Below, in pieces: positions 39,728-49,528 of a stretch of DNA of 64,000 nt (its first letter is position 1; each line of letters begins with the position of its first letter). The DNA is from Gammaproteobacteria bacterium. Its GTDB lineage: Bacteria; Pseudomonadota; Gammaproteobacteria; Ga0077536. The notes beneath the pieces are model-generated. The model was not told the DNA's origin. It saw nothing but the letters and a program-made list of their open reading frames with translations, and made no database searches. The stretch is taken from NCBI GenBank assembly GCA_009692365.1, contig SHZJ01000003.1, positions 65,250 through 129,249 of the forward strand, in the 5' to 3' direction. The translations under genes and the position numbers were made by a program.

Positions 39728-40375
39728 TTATTCCTCGCGCTGCCTCCCGCCTAGGCGCAGCAAGTCTTCATGCAATTCGAACCACACCGTGTGATAACTA
39801 TCCGAGCGCGCGTCACTGACTGCGGCCGTCGCGCCGGCTTCGGCTTTCTCCAGCGCCGCGTCGAGCTTTTGCTGATACACACACAGCCGTGGCTCGCCGG
39901 CGATGAGCGCGAGCAAGATGGGCTCAAAACGCTCGTGTAGGGCGCCCAAGCGGTCGATGATGCGGCGGTCGTACTCAACGTCCGAATGGTCATTGGGAAC
40001 CCGCCGTCCGCCAATTGCCAGCGTCTGCCAATCGGTAATGAGCTGTTTTAAATCCACGTTAATGCGTTCAAAACGCTTGCAGGCTGCAGTAAACGCCGCA
40101 TTAGCTCGCAGCCTGACGTAAAAGCGCGAATATTCGCTGGCCAGAATGAGCTGGCCGGCGGGCGAAAGCAGAAAGCGGCCGTTGGTATTGACGATGCGTC
40201 CGTGCGTCACGCCGCTCGCCAAGACCTGCTCAACCCGGGCGCTGGGCAGGCCACACACGCTGGCAATATCCGCCGCGTTACCGTGTTTTCGAATAGCCAC
40301 ACCGTGCATGACGAGATGTAAATCTGGCTTCACTGCGAGGCCCTCCGTTGGAGTTGCAAGGAGTAGGTTAGTCAT
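39728..40375 (-). CDS. hypothetical protein, N-terminal winged-helix-like segment plus ~150-aa helical domain
   Basis: ORF 39728..40474, trimmed to the ATG at 40375 (MTNLLLATPTEGL...). That ATG overlaps the stop of the upstream 516-aa gene (ATGACTAA), which implies translational coupling. Confidence 0.5.
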   Translation of the reverse strand: MTNLLLATPTEGLAVKPDLHLVMHGVAIRKHGNAADIASVCGLPSARVEQVLASGVTHGRIVNTNGRFLLSPAGQLILASEYSRFYVRLRANAAFTAACKRFERINVDLKQLITDWQTLAIGGRRVPNDHSDVEYDRRIIDRLGALHERFEPILLALIAGEPRLCVYQQKLDAALEKAEAGATAAVSDARSDSYHTVWFELHEDLLRLGGRQREE

Positions 40376-41918
40376 TCGCGCGCAGCGACTCGATGTCGTC
40401 GCGCCGCAAACCGGCACCGGCGTCTTTAAGCAGGCGCGAGTGCTTCTGTTCGAGCTTAAAAAGTTCATCCGCACGCGAGGTCTGGGCGTGATATTTCACC
40501 CAATCCGCGCAGAGGTATCGGTATTGCGCCTGGCACACGGTGGGCACCAGTGCGCGCGCGCGACGCATAAATTCTGCCAGCGACAGCACGCCCTGCGTGG
40601 TGCGGTAGCGATCATTCTTGCGCGGCAAAGTGCTGTCTCCGGGTCGCAACGGCCCGACGGACGCCGTGTAGTCGCCGTCTTCGAGAATAGAGTAGGGAAT
40701 GTAGGACAGGGCACGCGTGGGGGCATCGTTGTGCTGCATCATCGTATAGTCGTGCAGGCGCTGGCTGGGGGTGCTGATATAGCCCACCAACTCGCCCAGA
40801 AAAAGATTGCCGTACTCGTCGTTCAGCAGTGGACGAAAGCGCTCAGCCCGCTCGTCGATTAGCATCCAGTCTTCCATTTCATAACAGCCCGCGATGACGG
40901 CAAATTCTTTGATCACCGCATAGTAGGTCAGCGCGCCCGCATCGAGTTGCTGATCGCGCGTCCAGCCGGTCATTTCCCGCCACAGCTTGGCGGTGGCGGT
41001 TTTGATGCGACCGGTGAGGTCGACAAACGCTGCGGTGAGCGCTGCGGCGCTCTCCATGCCGACTGGCAGCGGCCCATCCGAGAGGGTATCGGCGGTATAC
41101 AGCCCCACCCCGACCATGTGCTCCCCACGCATTTCGGGCGCGGATTCAAAAGACCCCCAATCATCCAGCAGACTGATATGACAGCCTTCGAGGATCATCG
41201 TCACCGTCAGATTGTTGTAGGGAATGTCCGCACCCACGCCATCCAGCCAAGGCGGGCCAGATTCCGCGAGTTCCAAAAAATCGCGAACCAACATCTGGCG
41301 TTGATCAGACACCCGGTAGGGCCCGTGACTGTGCAGCGTGAGGCGACTTTCACAGGAGACGAGAAACCCGTACTGCGCGGTAGTGGCCAGAAAAGCCTGC
41401 GCCGCTTGGTGCAGCGGGTCGCCTTCGCGGCACTCAAAAGCATCCGCGTGAAAAACCTGCAACCGCTGTTCGGGCAGCACCTGGGCACGATGACCGGCCT
41501 GTCGGTTGGTAAGATTGCCGTTGTTACGATGCCAAGACAGCTGGAAGCGCTTCCAAAAATCTAGCGTGTACATGACATCGAGGGCAGCATCGGTCGGCTT
41601 GATGACCCCCCAATTGATCAGCATCTCGCGCCCCAGCAGGTAGAAGCAGGGCATGCACCACGCCACAATTTTGATCCCTTGATGACGCGCCCGGTCGCCA
41701 ATTTCCTCTGCCGAGAGGTGCTCCTCAATTTTGCGCAATAGCGCCGGGTAGCGATAAAAGCAATTTAAATAAGAGAACAGGATGTAGGCGGAAACCGGGA
41801 AAATTTTGGACTCCTGAACGGTGCGCGTGGCACACAGCCAGTAGGTCTCATCGGCGTTCTGTTGGATGAGATTATTGGTCTCGAGCAGTTGAGCGTAGGT
41901 GAGTGATGGCGTCGGCAT
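40368..41918 (-). CDS. 516-aa protein of unrecognized family
   Basis: Long uninterrupted ORF with protein-like composition. I found no motifs of PPDK_N/ATP-grasp, kinases or other families. Confidence 0.65.
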   Translation of the reverse strand: MPTPSLTYAQLLETNNLIQQNADETYWLCATRTVQESKIFPVSAYILFSYLNCFYRYPALLRKIEEHLSAEEIGDRARHQGIKIVAWCMPCFYLLGREMLINWGVIKPTDAALDVMYTLDFWKRFQLSWHRNNGNLTNRQAGHRAQVLPEQRLQVFHADAFECREGDPLHQAAQAFLATTAQYGFLVSCESRLTLHSHGPYRVSDQRQMLVRDFLELAESGPPWLDGVGADIPYNNLTVTMILEGCHISLLDDWGSFESAPEMRGEHMVGVGLYTADTLSDGPLPVGMESAAALTAAFVDLTGRIKTATAKLWREMTGWTRDQQLDAGALTYYAVIKEFAVIAGCYEMEDWMLIDERAERFRPLLNDEYGNLFLGELVGYISTPSQRLHDYTMMQHNDAPTRALSYIPYSILEDGDYTASVGPLRPGDSTLPRKNDRYRTTQGVLSLAEFMRRARALVPTVCQAQYRYLCADWVKYHAQTSRADELFKLEQKHSRLLKDAGAGLRRDDIESLRAND

Positions 41919-41948
41919 AGCAGCGATTCCTGTAGTGGGACGGTGGCC

Positions 41949-42686
41949 TCAGGCCTGAAGCAGTCGAAAAACACGGGCGCTGACATCAGTCCCGGCCTGA
42001 TAGTCGTCGCCGGTTTTTGCGCGCGCGGTGACCTCTAATTCCAGCCGGTCGCCATCTTTAATGCCCGCCAGACGGGCGTTCATGAGACAGGGAATGCCGT
42101 ACTCGCGGGTGAGGATCGCCAGATGGGAGCGGGTGGTGCCACCGGCGCACAACACACCCTTAAATTGCTCCAGCACCGGGGCCGTGAGCGTGCCCCCCGA
42201 ATCTTCCACCAGCGCGATGATGTTGGCAGGCACCCCGTGGGTGAGATAGTCCAGCACCTTGTCGCTGGTGCGCACGTAATGGGCAATTCCGATGAGATTC
42301 TCGCGCCGCGACACGACATTGTCGCCCGCGCCACACAGCTCACGGCCATCGGCCGCCGCCGGCGCGGTGGGCGCTTCGGGGTGTTCAAAACTGAAATCCG
42401 CGCGCGCCAAACCGGCGTCTTTATAGGCTTCGGGCCGCTCTCTGGCGGAGGACATCGCCGAGGGCTCGAAGCGGTATCCGTTCGACAACAACTGCGCTTC
42501 GATGTGTGCGAGGTCCGCTTTGGTAATGACCTCATAGCCCCTACCCGCCACAAAATCTTGCCAATCGCCGCCGACTTCTGCGGCGCGTCGCCGCACTAAA
42601 TCTTTCACTGCAGCGTTGTAGGCCTCGACGATCGCAAAGGTCGATTGCCAAGCGTATTTGTCGTTATCCGCGTAGAGCATTGCCAT
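41949..42686 (-). CDS. PEP-utilising-enzyme mobile (phosphohistidine swivel) domain protein, 245 aa with a ~120-aa unknown N-terminal region
   Basis: C-terminal GVPANIIALVEDSGGTLTAPVLEQFKGVLCAGGTTRSHLAILTREYGIPCLMNARLAGIKDGDRLELEV matches the PEP synthase/PPDK swivel His domain (GGxTSHAAIxAREyGIPxVxN). Confidence 0.7.
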   Translation of the reverse strand: MAMLYADNDKYAWQSTFAIVEAYNAAVKDLVRRRAAEVGGDWQDFVAGRGYEVITKADLAHIEAQLLSNGYRFEPSAMSSARERPEAYKDAGLARADFSFEHPEAPTAPAAADGRELCGAGDNVVSRRENLIGIAHYVRTSDKVLDYLTHGVPANIIALVEDSGGTLTAPVLEQFKGVLCAGGTTRSHLAILTREYGIPCLMNARLAGIKDGDRLELEVTARAKTGDDYQAGTDVSARVFRLLQA

Positions 42687-42704
42687 GCGTTCTCCCCGTG
42701 TAGT

Positions 42705-43730
42705 TCATTGTGTGAAGGACTGCTGCAGGCGGGCCCGCTCTAGCGGCCCGACCCCCAGCGCCTGCTGGAGAAAGTCCGCCTCGCTCCCGTAGCGCGCGTC
42801 GATGACCGCAAAGACGCACTCCAAATAAGACTCGCGCGTGACCAGCAACGGATCCATCAAGGCGTTAACATCGCGGCCGGGCCTAGGTGCTACTGCGTAT
42901 TTAGCCAGCGCACGCGGCAATTCTAACGCCGCAGGATAATACCGCCGAGACAGACAAAAATCGTACAGGACCGTCGCGCGCGACACCCCTAGCGCCAGAA
43001 GCACCAGCGCCGCCCCCACGCCCGTGCGCTCCTTCCCCGCCGAACAGTTCATCAAGATGCTGCCGGACGGTGCGGCCAGCAGCACGTCGAATAGTTGCGC
43101 GTAACGGCCAATGGCGTCCTCGACCATGGAGCGCATGACCTCGTGGACCGCCTCGATTATGACGGCTGGGTCATCGGTTTGCGCAAATAGTCGGTGAAAG
43201 AAAAAGCGATCCTTCAAGCCCGGCGCAATGCCGAGGGTGACGACCGTCGGGGCGCAGTCCAGCGCGCCCTCTTCGTTGAGGCGCTCCTCGGCCATCCTGA
43301 AATCGCAGACCGTGCGGATATCGAGCGTGTTGAGCAACGCTTGGTCGGCGGGCGTGAGGCGCGACAAATGGCCCGAGCGAAACAGCCGCCCCCAGCTGAC
43401 CCGACGACCAGCGGCGGCCAGATAACCGCCGAGGTCTCTGAAATTGACCCCGCCCTCCAACAACACCTCGCGCGGGCCCACTATCAGCGGCGGACCCGCA
43501 GCGGGTACCAGTTCGAAATAGGGTCTGGGCAGATGTCCTAGGCCACCGATTTCAATTGCACCCAGGGCGGGCGGTGCGCAGGGCTGGCGCCGATCGATAG
43601 CCGCGGGGGCGGCCCCAGCATAGACCATCACGGGGGTCTGGCTGAAAGCGCTATCCCAGCTCAGCCGCCAGCGCCCCTCGCCCACCCGTGCTACCTCGAT
43701 ACCTTGAAAAATATCCATGCTGAGCCTCAT
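42705..43730 (-). CDS. CX5R protein tyrosine/Ser-Thr phosphatase-like enzyme (Y_phosphatase3-like)
   Basis: NFRDLGG near the N-terminus and P-loop CSAGKERTG. The ORF runs to 43811 but its first 27 codons are Arg-rich, so the Met at 43730 or 43718 is the preferred start. Confidence 0.7.
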   Translation of the reverse strand: MRLSMDIFQGIEVARVGEGRWRLSWDSAFSQTPVMVYAGAAPAAIDRRQPCAPPALGAIEIGGLGHLPRPYFELVPAAGPPLIVGPREVLLEGGVNFRDLGGYLAAAGRRVSWGRLFRSGHLSRLTPADQALLNTLDIRTVCDFRMAEERLNEEGALDCAPTVVTLGIAPGLKDRFFFHRLFAQTDDPAVIIEAVHEVMRSMVEDAIGRYAQLFDVLLAAPSGSILMNCSAGKERTGVGAALVLLALGVSRATVLYDFCLSRRYYPAALELPRALAKYAVAPRPGRDVNALMDPLLVTRESYLECVFAVIDARYGSEADFLQQALGVGPLERARLQQSFTQ

Positions 43731-43938
43731 TTTTTGTTGTGATACCGGGCGGCCCCGCCGGGGCGACACTGCCCGCGGCGGCCTACGGTCGCGCATTTGG
43801 CCCCGCCACACCAGAGCACCTTTTGCGCACGAGGTAGGTCGGCCGATCTAGGCAGCGGCGGTGCAATCTCCTATTGTGCAGGGCCATGAATTTCCCGCAC
43901 CGTTTCAGCCTCGTCCCAGCGCAGCGCACCTAGCCGCT

Positions 43939-44751
43939 ATGCGGAACCCTGACCCGCCCATCGTTTGTATCCGAGACCTGCGTTTCCAACGCGGCGCACG
44001 CCTGATTTTCGATGGCATCGACCTCGACATCCAGCGCGGCAAGGTCACGGCGATCTTGGGGCCTAGCGGCACCGGCAAAACTACCCTGTTGCGGCTGATT
44101 GGTGGCCAACTCGCCCCCAGCGGCGGCTCGGTGCTGGTGGAAGGCCAAGATGTGCAACAACTTGGCCAAAGCGCGCTGTACACATTACGCAAGCGGATGG
44201 GCATGTTGTTCCAGAGCGGCGCCCTGTTGACCGACCTGACGGTCTTCGAGAATGTGGCGTTCCCCTTGCGGGAGCACACCAATCTGACGCCGGCGCTGCT
44301 GCGCTCGTTGGTCTTGATGAAACTAGAAATGGTGGGCCTGCGGGGCGCGCGCGACCTCTACCCGCGAGAGCTGTCGGGTGGCATGGCGCGGCGGGTGGCG
44401 CTCGCACGGGCCATCGCCCTCGACCCCAACATGATCTTGTACGACGAGCCTTTCTCCGGGCAGGACCCCATCTCCATGGGCATTCTGGTGCGCCTCATTC
44501 GCGAACTCAGCGACGCGCTGGGCCTCACCAGCGTGCTGGTCTCGCATGATGTTGCCGAAACTAATTCCATCGCTGACTATATTTATGTGCTGGCCGGGGC
44601 AAAAATCGTGGGGGTCGGCACGCCCGCGCAGCTGCAGGCATCTAGCTCCCCCATGGTGCGGCAATTCATGGGTGGGCTGGCGGACGGGCCGGTGCCGTTT
44701 CATTTTCCGGCGCGCGGCTACCTCGAGGATTTGCTGGCTCCAACCCCATGA
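43939..44751 (+). CDS. mlaF: phospholipid ABC transporter ATP-binding protein MlaF
   Basis: Near full-length identity pattern to E. coli MlaF as recalled ([35 protein letters not shown]-terminal GPVPFHFPA). Confidence 0.85.
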   Translation: MRNPDPPIVCIRDLRFQRGARLIFDGIDLDIQRGKVTAILGPSGTGKTTLLRLIGGQLAPSGGSVLVEGQDVQQLGQSALYTLRKRMGMLFQSGALLTDLTVFENVAFPLREHTNLTPALLRSLVLMKLEMVGLRGARDLYPRELSGGMARRVALARAIALDPNMILYDEPFSGQDPISMGILVRLIRELSDALGLTSVLVSHDVAETNSIADYIYVLAGAKIVGVGTPAQLQASSSPMVRQFMGGLADGPVPFHFPARGYLEDLLAPTP

Positions 44752-45527
44752 CCGGCCTCCTGGCAGACCTGGGTCGAGCCAGCCTTGGCGTGTGCGAGCG
44801 GTTAGGGCGTGGGCACCTGTTTTTGCTGCAGATTTTCTTAGGACTGCCGTCGCTGGCCCGGCGTCCACGTTTGCTGATGGTCCAAGTTTGGTCGGTCGGC
44901 GTGCAATCGCTGTTGATTATCGTGGTTGCCGGCACTTTCGTCGGCATGGTTCTCGCGCTGCAGGGCTACAATACGCTGGTGACTTTTGGAGCGGAGCAAT
45001 CCCTCGGCGTGGTGGTGGCTAAATCGCTGCTGCGCGAACTCGGCCCGGTGATTGCCGCGCTATTATTCGCCGGGCGTGCTGGCTCCGCGCTCACCGCGGA
45101 AATTGGCTTCATGAAGGCGACCGAACAGCTCAGCGCGATGGAAATGATGGCGGTGAACCCGGTGCATCGAATCGTCGTGCCCCGTTTTGTCGCCGGCGTC
45201 ACCGCCATGCCATTGCTGGCCACAATTTTTACCGCCGTGGGGATCTTGGGTGGTCATTTCTGCGGCGTTGGCCTGCTCGGGGTGGATGACGGCGCGTTTT
45301 GGTCACAGATGCAGGCCAAAGTCATGCTGGTCGACGATGTGCTGAATGGCGTGCTGATCAAGAGCCTCGTGTTCGGCTTCGTGGTGAGCTGGATCGCGGT
45401 CTTCGAGGGCTACGACGCCGTGCCGACCTCCGAGGGCGTCAGCGCGGCCACCACGCGCACGGTGGTGCACTCTTCGTTGGCGATATTGGCGTTAGATTTT
45501 ATCTTGACCGGACTGATGTTTAACTGA
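44748..45527 (+). CDS. mlaE: MlaE permease
   Basis: 259 aa, 5-TM MlaE pattern. 4-bp overlap with mlaF. Confidence 0.85.
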   Translation: MTGLLADLGRASLGVCERLGRGHLFLLQIFLGLPSLARRPRLLMVQVWSVGVQSLLIIVVAGTFVGMVLALQGYNTLVTFGAEQSLGVVVAKSLLRELGPVIAALLFAGRAGSALTAEIGFMKATEQLSAMEMMAVNPVHRIVVPRFVAGVTAMPLLATIFTAVGILGGHFCGVGLLGVDDGAFWSQMQAKVMLVDDVLNGVLIKSLVFGFVVSWIAVFEGYDAVPTSEGVSAATTRTVVHSSLAILALDFILTGLMFN

Positions 45528-45534
45528 GAGTGCG

Positions 45535-46014
45535 ATGAAAGATCCCCGATTAATGGAAATCTCCGTGGGCGCCTTCGTGGCAATAGGTCTAGCTGCCCTG
45601 CTGCTGCTCGCTCTCAAGGTCGCTAATCTCACCCAATTCTCACCGCCTCCGGGCTACGAGGTGACGGCCTATTTCGACAATATCGGCGGCCTGCAGGTGC
45701 GTTCGCCCGTCAAGATGGGCGGCGTTTTGATTGGGCGCATCACCCACATTGGATTTGACTCGAAACGATTTCAGGCGGTGGTTACGCTGCGTATCAACCA
45801 GATCTACGATGGGATCCCAAGCGACACCGCCGCGAATGTCTACACGGCGGGCCTGCTCGGAGAACAGTACGTGGGTTTGGAAGCCGGCGGCGACGACACG
45901 AGTCTGGTTGCTGGCGACGAAATCACGATAACGCAGTCCGCCGTGGTGCTCGAGAAAGCTCTCCAAGAATTCCTCTATAACAAAACTGCTAAATCTTCGA
46001 GCCCAGGGTCCTAA
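45535..46014 (+). CDS. mlaD: MlaD (MCE-domain periplasmic substrate-binding component)
   Basis: N-terminal TM helix plus MCE domain. Confidence 0.8.
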   Translation: MKDPRLMEISVGAFVAIGLAALLLLALKVANLTQFSPPPGYEVTAYFDNIGGLQVRSPVKMGGVLIGRITHIGFDSKRFQAVVTLRINQIYDGIPSDTAANVYTAGLLGEQYVGLEAGGDDTSLVAGDEITITQSAVVLEKALQEFLYNKTAKSSSPGS

Positions 46015-46016
46015 TC

Positions 46017-46709
46017 ATGCCGCCTCGACTCTCCACACGCCACTGCGGCGGACGGTTGCCCGCCGCGCTGCGGGCCAGCCCCCCAGGATCCAGATGGCTC
46101 TTCAATGTGCTGTTGGCGCTGCTGCTGGCCACGGGTGCACCCCGCCTGTGGGCAGATGACGAATCCCCCGCCCGAGTACTCGTGCTCACCACCGCGATCA
46201 CCGTGCTGGAGCGGCTGCGCGCAGAGAGCGACGTCATTGCCGCCAATCCGGCGCGCTTGGACGAAATCGCCCGCGAAACAGTGCTGCCTCACTTCGATTT
46301 TCCGCGCATGTCGCAGCGCGTGCTGGGCATTCACTGGCGTAACGCCACGGCCGACCAACGGGCACGCTTTTTGTCCGAGTTCACCACCTTACTGGTTCGC
46401 ACCTACGCCAAGGCCATCTACGAATACCGTGAATCAGCCGTCAACGTGCTGCCAGCCCGCGAACTGGGGCCCGCGACCCAGCGGGTGCGCACGGAAGTTT
46501 CCCGCGGCGGTGGCGTGCGTCCGCTGCAGGTAGATTACGATGTGTATCACGCCGAAAACGACTGGAAAGTGGTGGACGTCGCCATCAGCGGCATCAGCCT
46601 GGTGGTCAGCTATCGGGCCGGGTTTAACGCCGATATAGGGAAGCTCGGCATGGATGGACTGATTGCCCAGATTGCCGAACACAACGCCCAGAAAGGCGCG
46701 AGCGGCTAG
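46017..46709 (+). CDS. mlaC: MlaC/Ttg2D periplasmic lipid-binding protein
   Basis: Tgt2/MlaC-like sequence with signal peptide. The true start may be internal. Confidence 0.7.
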   Translation: MPPRLSTRHCGGRLPAALRASPPGSRWLFNVLLALLLATGAPRLWADDESPARVLVLTTAITVLERLRAESDVIAANPARLDEIARETVLPHFDFPRMSQRVLGIHWRNATADQRARFLSEFTTLLVRTYAKAIYEYRESAVNVLPARELGPATQRVRTEVSRGGGVRPLQVDYDVYHAENDWKVVDVAISGISLVVSYRAGFNADIGKLGMDGLIAQIAEHNAQKGASG

Positions 46710-46719
46710 ACCTGAGCCC

Positions 46720-47034
46720 ATGACTGCTAGTCGCAACGTACTGACCGTAACGAGCGAGCCAGACGGCACGCTCAGCTTAAACGGCCCGCTGAACTTCACC
46801 ACCGTGCGCGCCGCGCTGGCCCAAACCACAGCCCTTCTAGGCGTAGGGTCGCCGCCCTGCATCGACCTTACGGGGGTTACTCGAACCGATAGCGCAGGTC
46901 TGGCGTTGTTGGTGGAGTGGGTAAAGTTCGCGCAGGCGACAAACCGCCAACTGGTCCTGCGCGGGGTCCCGCCGCAGTTAACCGCGCTCGCCGCCGCCTG
47001 CGGTATCACGCCACTCTTAGACGCCGGTGCCTAA
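46720..47034 (+). CDS. mlaB: MlaB STAS-domain protein
   Basis: ORF 46663..47034, trimmed to the ATG at 46720 (MTASRNVLTV...). STAS/anti-sigma-antagonist-like fold motifs. Confidence 0.65.
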   Translation: MTASRNVLTVTSEPDGTLSLNGPLNFTTVRAALAQTTALLGVGSPPCIDLTGVTRTDSAGLALLVEWVKFAQATNRQLVLRGVPPQLTALAAACGITPLLDAGA

Positions 47035-47035
47035 C

Positions 47036-47053
47036 ACCGGGTCGTCACCCGGT
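47036..47053. terminator. perfect 7-bp stem (accgggt-cgtc-acccggt) between convergent mlaB and opgH; candidate bidirectional terminator
   Basis: Seen directly in sequence. It overlaps the opgH stop codon. No long T-run. Confidence 0.35.
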
Positions 47054-49527
47054 TAAACCCGGTAACCGCCGATACGGCGCCGCAAATATTGGAGCGCCGG
47101 TCGATCGGCCAGCGCGGCGGCCTGCAGACGGCGATCGAACCGGCTGGGCAATTCTTCGCTGTGCCGAATGGTTTGCGCCCGATAGCGTGCCAAGGTCATC
47201 GCTTCCGTGGGCTCTGCAGGGGGGTGCTGCACGAGCAGCGCGAAATGCAGGCTGCCGACGGTGAGTTCGCGGGTAACCCGCTCTAGCCCACTGCCTGGGG
47301 CGATGTTCGCCCCCGCAGGCGACTCGGCCAACAAGGCCAGCGGCGTGGTCTCTTCCGGAATAACAAACAGGCCGCGTCTGCGTGCGGCCAGTCCCAGCGC
47401 CAAACGTGCGCCGACCCAAGACATCGGGGCGGCCATGATCATGCCCAGTAAGGCCGGGAGCATCCACCCCAGCAACGCCGGATACACGGCCCACGCCGTC
47501 GCGCCCAACAGCAGCCCGACCACCATGTGACCCCGATGATGCTGCCAACAATCCGCCAAGGGCATGCCGCGATCGTCGCGCGTCTGGGTTTTCCAGCCGC
47601 TGTCCCGGCCCAGCAAAACATCGCAGACGAACCGGCTTTGCAACAACATTTGCACGGGCGCAATGAGCGCTGAAAACAAGGTTTCGGCTAACACGCTGCG
47701 CAGCGCCGGGCCGCGGCCACCGAACCCTCGTGCCGCCTCTGGCCCTAGCGCCACACCCACCCAACCCAGAAATTTGGGCAGTAGCAGCACTATCATTGTG
47801 GCGCCGAACAACCGCGCCGCAAGTTCCGAATCAATGACTTGCCATACCGGGTAGGGCGTGCGATCGGGGAAGAAATAAACCGGCAGATGGAAACTACCCT
47901 GCAGCGCGGCCCCAATACCAACCAACAGAAAGAGCAACCACAGCGGCGAGGCCAAATACGACATGATGCCGGACCACAAATGGAAGCGGCTCAGGGGGTG
48001 CAGACCGGCGGTGCCCAGCAGCGCCATATGTTGCAGATTACCCTGACACCAACGTCGATCCCGCATCGCGTGGTCGAGCAAGGACGGGGGCGACTCTTCG
48101 TAACTTCCGCCCAGTTCGGTGAGGAGGTGCGAACGCCAGCCGGCGCGCCGCATCAACGCCGCTTCCACGAAGTCGTGGCTCAGAATGTGCCCGCCAAACG
48201 GCGCCTTGCCCGGCAGCACCGGCATGCCAGCGTGGGCGGCAAAGGCGCGCACGCGGATCATGGCGTTGTGGCCCCAATAGTTGCTGTCGCCGCCGTACCA
48301 CCAGGCGAAACCGCGGGCGAGCACGGGGCCATACATCGCGGCAGCGAATTGCTGGGCGCGCGCGAACAGGGTGTTGCGATTTACCAGCCTGGGCACGGTC
48401 TGCAAAATACCCACGGTGGGATTGCTGGCCATCAAACGCGCCAGCATCAGCACCGTCTCCCCGCTCATGACGCTGTCGGCGTCCAGCACCAGCATGTTTT
48501 CGTAACGAGCGCCCCAACGCTCGCAAAAATCAGCGATGTTGCCCGACTTCCGCGCGGTGTTCTCAAAACGACGCCGATAAAATAGCCGCCCGGTCGCGCC
48601 CAAGCGGCGGCGCGCGGCGTCCCACTCGATTTCCTCTGCGACCCAACTGTCCGGGTCGGTTGAATCGCTTAGAACAAAGAAGTCGAAACTCGCCAGAACA
48701 TCTTGCTCACGCAGCGAGCGGTAAATTTTCTCGACCGCCGCCAGCACCCGCTTCGGTTCTTCGTTGTAAGTGGGCATGAGCACGGCCGTGCGCGCGGGGA
48801 GCGGTACTCCCAACGCTAAAGGGGGCGCCAAGCCCAGCGGGGCACGGGGCCTTAAGCCACTCCAAAGCCCCGCCAAGGCGCTGCAAAAAGTCAGCGCAAT
48901 CCACACAAAATTGGCGACGAAAAGCCCCATGAGCACTATTTCAATCGCGCTGATGCCGCCGGGCGAAAATACCCGACCCAGCTCCAGCGTCGCGCGCACG
49001 GTGAGCAGCAGCGTGCCACCAAACACCGCGACTCGCCGCCACCACAGGCGCTTTGGGGTTAGGCAATGGACCGCGGCGGGCGGCGCAATGTGCAGAGATT
49101 GCACCGGCATCGCGAGGGGTTCGTCGGGCGGAAGTGACAGGGGCAGCGCATCACGCAGCGCCTCGTGCAGCGCCGGCGGCGCGCTGGGGGCGAGCAATGC
49201 GCGCGGCCAGTGGCGGCCAATCTGCAGACTCAGCAGGGCGGCACGGCGCGCGTAGACGTCGATGGGCTGGCCAAGTTTGAGGGCATTCGTGGCCGTCAAG
49301 GTCCAGCGGTCCAGCCGGCGGCGCGCATAGCGCAGCGCCAGTTCGGCCTCCGCCAGCGCGGGCATGTCGGCAGAAAGCACGGCGAGGAGTTCGCCCAGAA
49401 CCTCGTCGTCTGCGTAGCCCAACGGGAGGAAAAAATTTCTGAGGACTTTCTCAACCGCGGGGCGTTGGCGCGGTTGCACGCTCTCGGGAGCAGTAACGGA
49501 CGCCGAACGTCGGACTTCCCCGTTCAA
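47053..49527 (-). CDS. opgH: osmoregulated periplasmic glucan glucosyltransferase OpgH (MdoH)
   Basis: 824 aa, GT2 core with MdoH-specific segments (LMPTYNEEP, VLDADSVM, RRWCQGNLQH). Confidence 0.9.
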   Translation of the reverse strand: MNGEVRRSASVTAPESVQPRQRPAVEKVLRNFFLPLGYADDEVLGELLAVLSADMPALAEAELALRYARRRLDRWTLTATNALKLGQPIDVYARRAALLSLQIGRHWPRALLAPSAPPALHEALRDALPLSLPPDEPLAMPVQSLHIAPPAAVHCLTPKRLWWRRVAVFGGTLLLTVRATLELGRVFSPGGISAIEIVLMGLFVANFVWIALTFCSALAGLWSGLRPRAPLGLAPPLALGVPLPARTAVLMPTYNEEPKRVLAAVEKIYRSLREQDVLASFDFFVLSDSTDPDSWVAEEIEWDAARRRLGATGRLFYRRRFENTARKSGNIADFCERWGARYENMLVLDADSVMSGETVLMLARLMASNPTVGILQTVPRLVNRNTLFARAQQFAAAMYGPVLARGFAWWYGGDSNYWGHNAMIRVRAFAAHAGMPVLPGKAPFGGHILSHDFVEAALMRRAGWRSHLLTELGGSYEESPPSLLDHAMRDRRWCQGNLQHMALLGTAGLHPLSRFHLWSGIMSYLASPLWLLFLLVGIGAALQGSFHLPVYFFPDRTPYPVWQVIDSELAARLFGATMIVLLLPKFLGWVGVALGPEAARGFGGRGPALRSVLAETLFSALIAPVQMLLQSRFVCDVLLGRDSGWKTQTRDDRGMPLADCWQHHRGHMVVGLLLGATAWAVYPALLGWMLPALLGMIMAAPMSWVGARLALGLAARRRGLFVIPEETTPLALLAESPAGANIAPGSGLERVTRELTVGSLHFALLVQHPPAEPTEAMTLARYRAQTIRHSEELPSRFDRRLQAAALADRPALQYLRRRIGGYRV

Positions 49528-49528
49528 C

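Noticed and set aside
47045-49280. Long ORFs antisense or out of frame within opgH (47045..47764, 47839..48585, 48770..49255)
   Set aside because: They overlap a strongly supported OpgH ORF and give Gly/Arg/Ala-rich junk.
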